Source: Oscillospiraceae bacterium (lineage in GTDB: Bacteria > Bacillota > Clostridia > Oscillospirales > SIG627). Taken from it: a stretch of DNA of 64,000 nt. Under the pieces are notes generated by a model, which saw only the letters and a list, made by a program, of their open reading frames with translations, was not told the origin of the DNA and searched no databases. The stretch spans positions 7,840-71,839 of the forward strand of contig SVQO01000008.1 in assembly GCA_015065325.1 (NCBI GenBank), given 5' to 3'. Both the position numbers and the translations under genes were made by a program. Shown here one piece after another: positions 60,297-64,000 of the stretch (position 1 is the first letter of the stretch; every line of letters starts with the position of its first letter).

Positions 60297-61721
60297 TCAA
60301 AGGGATCTTGCGTAAACGCGGTTCATCTCTGCAAATTTTTCGGTATTCAGAGAGGCAATCTGCTCTGCAGTAAAGCGCATTTGCCAATTTCCCTCGGCAA
60401 CGCCGGGGGTGTTGATGCGGGTGTCGGCGCCGTAGCCCAAAAGATCCTGCAGGGGGAAGATGACCCGCTCTGCACGGCTCCGCAAAAGGGCGCGAAGGAT
60501 CCCCTCCACGGCGTCCCGCGGTTCGCCCAAATAACGGCTTGCCTGTTCCCGAACGGAGTCCTCCAGCTCGAACCAAAAACCGAGCAGAGTATTGTTGTCG
60601 TGGGTGCCGGAATATGCTACCAGATTTTCGGGATAATTATGAGGCAGATGGGGGGAGAGGGGATTGGAGTCGAAGCCGAACTGGAATACCGCCATTCCGG
60701 GATAGCCTGCATAAGAAAGCAGATCGCGGGTCTTTTCATCGATGGTACCCAGGTCCTCCGCCAGAAGGAATTTTCCTTCGGAAACCTCGGCAAAGGCATC
60801 AATGAGCTTTTTTCCCGGTCCGGGCAGCCAGGTGCCCTCCAAAGCGTTTTCCGCCTCGGCGGGGATGGCAAAATATCCGCTTGCGGCGCGGAAGTGATCG
60901 AAACGAACTCCGTCAAACAGGCGAAGCTGATAGGAAAGCCGCGCCTTCCAGTAGGAAAAACCGTCCTTTGCCATCGCGTCCCAATCGTACAGAGGATTGC
61001 CCCACTTTTGTCCAAGGGGAGAGAAGTAATCCGGGGGGACGCCCGCGACCTTGACGGGAGCAAAATTCCGATCCAACCAAAAGGAATCGGGACGGGAAAG
61101 GACGTCGTAGCTGTCGTGAGAAACGTAAAAGGGAAGGTCTCCGATGACCTCTACGCCGTGATCGGCGCAAAAGCGGTGGAGCTTGTCCCACTGGCCGTGA
61201 AAGAGCTGCTGCATAAAGCCGTAGGCGGAAAGCAGCTCCTCATCGGGTTCCCGGATCTTCCATTGGGTCCAGGGACGAAGCCCGTTCTGCTCCCGCAGGG
61301 CAAGAAAACGGCAGGTTCCCGCGATCTCGGGATTTTCCGCAAGAAAGGCGGTAACGGCTTTTTCGTTTCCTGCCCGCTTTGCCGCTTTTTTCAGAAAGGG
61401 AAGCCGCTTTTCCTCCAGAAAGGCGTAGTGGCACTTGTAGGGGTCCGACACCTTTTGTTCTTCCAGCTCCCCGCGGGTTACAAGACCCAGCTCGAAAAGC
61501 TCCTCGGGATCGATGAGCCACGGATTTCCTCCGAAGGAGGAGAGGGACATATAGGGGGAATGGTAGGAGTCGGTAATCCCGAAGGGAAGCACCTGCCAAA
61601 GAGAAAAGCCGCCGTCGGCGATGTGCTTGACGAACTCTCTTGCGTGGCGGGAAAAGGTGCCGCAGCCGAATTCGCCGGGCAGGGAAAATACGGGGAGTAA
61701 AACTCCGCTTTGTCGTTTCAT
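60297..61721 (-). CDS. malQ: 4-alpha-glucanotransferase (amylomaltase, GH77)
   Basis: 'SGVLLPVFSLPGEFGCGTF', 'WQVLPFG', 'GDLPFYVSHDSYDV' and 'GVPPDYFSPLGQKWGNPLYDW'. Confidence 0.85.
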   Translation of the reverse strand: MKRQSGVLLPVFSLPGEFGCGTFSRHAREFVKHIADGGFSLWQVLPFGITDSYHSPYMSLSSFGGNPWLIDPEELFELGLVTRGELEEQKVSDPYKCHYAFLEEKRLPFLKKAAKRAGNEKAVTAFLAENPEIAGTCRFLALREQNGLRPWTQWKIREPDEELLSAYGFMQQLFHGQWDKLHRFCADHGVEVIGDLPFYVSHDSYDVLSRPDSFWLDRNFAPVKVAGVPPDYFSPLGQKWGNPLYDWDAMAKDGFSYWKARLSYQLRLFDGVRFDHFRAASGYFAIPAEAENALEGTWLPGPGKKLIDAFAEVSEGKFLLAEDLGTIDEKTRDLLSYAGYPGMAVFQFGFDSNPLSPHLPHNYPENLVAYSGTHDNNTLLGFWFELEDSVREQASRYLGEPRDAVEGILRALLRSRAERVIFPLQDLLGYGADTRINTPGVAEGNWQMRFTAEQIASLNTEKFAEMNRVYARSL

Positions 61722-61929
61722 AAAAATACCTCGTTTTTATACTTTTTTTATCATACACCCGAAACGGAAAAAGTGCAAGAGCGAAAAAAAGAAAAAGAGA
61801 GTAAAGAAAAATGCACATTAATTTATATATGTTCCGTTTTGCACTTTACAAAACTAAAATTTCGTTGTATAATGTTCATACAAAATACATATTTTTGAAG
61901 TTTAAAACGGGAAAGGAAGGGATCGTGCT

Positions 61930-63789
61930 GTGATTCGCGAAAAAATGGAACGCTTTTATCGCGGGGAAAGTGACGATGCCTATACCTTTATGGGTGCGCA
62001 TCCTTTGGAGGGAAAAAAGGGTTTTTCCTTCCGTGTTTGGGCGCCCCGAGCCGAAAGTGTCCACGTAGTGGGAGATTTTAACTTCTGGAACAGAACCGAG
62101 ATCCCTATGGTAAAGGATGCTCACGGTTCCTGGTATGCCGAGGCGACGGGTGCCCGTGAGGGTCAGCGGTATCAGTATCTGATCTGCGGGGCAAACGGAA
62201 AAGAGATCTACAAGACCGATCCCTATGCCCGCGCCGTGGCACCGCTTCCCGATACTGCCGGTATTTTGTGCGGAGAAAAGGCGTTCCCTTGGAGGGACGG
62301 GTCTTATCGCGAGAATAAGAAGAATCCTCTGAATGCTCCTATGAGCATTTACGAGGTACATCTGGGCTCCTGGCGCCGTCACCCGGACGGCAGATTTTAT
62401 ACCTACACGGAGTTGAAGGAGCACTTGGTACCCTACGTGAAGGAAATGGGCTATACCCACGTGGAGTTTTTGCCCCTGACCGAGTACCCTTACGAGGGCT
62501 CCTGGGGCTATCAGGTCACGGGATATTACGCTCCCACGCATCGCTACGGCTCTCCCGAGGAGCTGAAGGGACTGGTGGATGCCTTCCACCGTGCGGGGAT
62601 CGGTGTGATCCTGGACTGGGTGCCCGCCCATTTTCCCAAGGATGAATCGGGTCTGTACGAATTCGACGGCTCCTTCTGCTATGAGAAGCGTGATCCCGTG
62701 ATGAACGAGCATCGCGGATGGGGAACCCGCGTTTTCGATTGGGGCAGGTTTGAGGTGCGCAGCTTTCTGATCTCCTCGGCTCTGTTTTGGTTGAGGGAAT
62801 ATCACTTCGACGGGTTGCGCGTGGATGCGGTGGCGTCTATGCTCTACCTTGATTATTGCCGCGAGGAGTTTACGCCCAACGCCGACGGCGGGAATTACGA
62901 TCCGGATGCCATTGAGTTTTTCAAGCGTCTGAACCTTGCCGCCTTCCGTCACGACCCCTCCGCTTTAATGGTGGCAGAGGAGTCCACCGCCTTTCCTATG
63001 GTGACCAAGCCTCCCGAAATGGGCGGTCTGGGCTTTAATCTGAAGTGGAATATGGGATGGATGAACGATATTCTGGATTATATGGAGACCGATCCTCTGT
63101 TCCGCAAGGGCAAGCACAATACCCTGACCTTTTCACTGATGTACGCCTTCTCGGAGAATTACGTTCTTCCTCTGTCTCACGACGAGGTGGTGCATCTGAA
63201 AAAGTCTATGATGGAGAAGATGCCCGGCTCTTACGAGGAGCGCTTTGCCAATCTGCGCCTTTTGTACGGATATATGTTTGCCCACCCCGGCGGCAAGCTG
63301 AACTTTATGGGAAGCGAGCTTGGGCAATTCGGTGAGTGGAACGAAAAACGGGAGCTGGATTGGATGCTCTTGACCTTCCCCTCCCATATCGGACTGCGCC
63401 GCTACCTTGGCGAGCTGAACCGTTTTTACCGCAAGGAAAAGCTGCTTTGGGAAAACGGATTTTCCTCCGACAGCTTCCGCTGGATCTCTGCGGACGACAG
63501 AGACAACGGCGTTATCGCTTTTTTGCGGCAAAACGAAAGGGGCGAAAAGCTCCTTTGCATTTTTAATTTCTGTCCCGTGGAGAGAAGGGGATACCGTATC
63601 GGCGTTCCCGAGCACGGCGTTTATATCCCCGTTTTCCACTCCGACCGACGCCGTTACGGCGGCGAAGGAAGGATTTTGAAGCGCTTTACCCCCGAACAAA
63701 TCCCCATGCACGGCTTTGCATATTCCCGTGAATTTACGATCCCCCCCTTGTCGGCAAGCTTTTACAAGTTGCAAAACAGTGAGAACTGA
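61930..63789 (+). CDS. glgB: 1,4-alpha-glucan branching enzyme (GH13)
   Basis: 'FRVWAPRAESVHVVGDFNFWN', 'SWGYQVTGYYAP', 'GIGVILDWVPAHF', 'DGLRVDAVASMLY' and 'AEESTAFP'. The GTG start is uncertain; an alternative ATG is at 61945. Confidence 0.85.
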   Translation: MIREKMERFYRGESDDAYTFMGAHPLEGKKGFSFRVWAPRAESVHVVGDFNFWNRTEIPMVKDAHGSWYAEATGAREGQRYQYLICGANGKEIYKTDPYARAVAPLPDTAGILCGEKAFPWRDGSYRENKKNPLNAPMSIYEVHLGSWRRHPDGRFYTYTELKEHLVPYVKEMGYTHVEFLPLTEYPYEGSWGYQVTGYYAPTHRYGSPEELKGLVDAFHRAGIGVILDWVPAHFPKDESGLYEFDGSFCYEKRDPVMNEHRGWGTRVFDWGRFEVRSFLISSALFWLREYHFDGLRVDAVASMLYLDYCREEFTPNADGGNYDPDAIEFFKRLNLAAFRHDPSALMVAEESTAFPMVTKPPEMGGLGFNLKWNMGWMNDILDYMETDPLFRKGKHNTLTFSLMYAFSENYVLPLSHDEVVHLKKSMMEKMPGSYEERFANLRLLYGYMFAHPGGKLNFMGSELGQFGEWNEKRELDWMLLTFPSHIGLRRYLGELNRFYRKEKLLWENGFSSDSFRWISADDRDNGVIAFLRQNERGEKLLCIFNFCPVERRGYRIGVPEHGVYIPVFHSDRRRYGGEGRILKRFTPEQIPMHGFAYSREFTIPPLSASFYKLQNSEN

Positions 63790-63810
63790 TCAAATTTCAG
63801 GAGGCATATT

Positions 63811-64000
63811 ATGGTTTTTCGCAAAAAAGAGTGTGTGGCTATGATTCTGGCAGGCGGTCAGGGCAGCAGACTGATGGTGCTGACCGAAAATACGGCAAAG
63901 CCCGCCGTTCCCTTCGGCGGAAAGTATCGTCTCATTGACTTTCCTCTGTCCAACTGTGTAAACTCGGGAATCGATACCGTTGGTATTCTGACTCAGTATC
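63811..64000 (+). CDS. glgC: Glucose-1-phosphate adenylyltransferase, N-terminal part (3' end lies outside the window)
   Basis: '[45 protein letters not shown]'. RBS is AGGAGG. Confidence 0.85.
   Translation, partial: MVFRKKECVAMILAGGQGSRLMVLTENTAKPAVPFGGKYRLIDFPLSNCVNSGIDTVGILTQY

Noticed and set aside
60288-62952. Plus-strand 470-aa ORF opposite malQ and minus-strand 358-aa ORF opposite glgB
   Set aside because: These are antisense shadow ORFs. malQ and glgB carry unambiguous GH77 and GH13 motifs on the other strand.

Overview
A 64-kb chromosomal segment from a roughly 55% GC, spore-forming Firmicute that looks Clostridia-like (spoIVB, DUF1292, luxS/mtnN, glgB/glgC/malQ). I support about 50 protein genes, one tRNA-Lys(UUU), several intrinsic terminators and sigma-A-like promoters. 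I found no rRNA, CRISPR array, intact IS or prophage. The backbone consists of carbohydrate-active enzymes (GH78, GH2, GH43, GH77), four AraC regulators, DeoR and SorC regulators, oxidoreductase operons and glycogen genes. Three things stand out. (1) A neutral/alkaline-ceramidase-like domain is heavily expanded, with six copies. Four are ~490-aa lipoproteins, three of them in tandem with duplicated terminator/promoter modules. Two are tandem ~1,620-aa secreted proteins that fuse a long beta-helix-like repeat region to this domain, and the downstream one of these is co-operonic with a PHP phosphoesterase and a CE4 deacetylase. A patatin-like lipase and a GDPD-PHP fusion lie nearby. (2) An orphan glycyl-radical enzyme of the eliminase type (G-C-Y-E Cys loop, RVCGWN glycine motif) sits with its activase and an AraC regulator. 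(3) The accessory DNA is a mosaic of modules, each bounded by direct repeats that are duplicated gene 3' ends or terminator hairpins. These are a 33-bp repeat around a SLOG/DUF1273+XRE pair, a 39-bp repeat around the GRE locus, a nested 19-bp repeat around a lone DUF4143 AAA+ ATPase, and three copies of the ~125-bp 3' end of spoIVB around two sugar-utilisation islets. No recombinase gene is present in the window. All functional calls come from motif recognition by eye. No database search was run.
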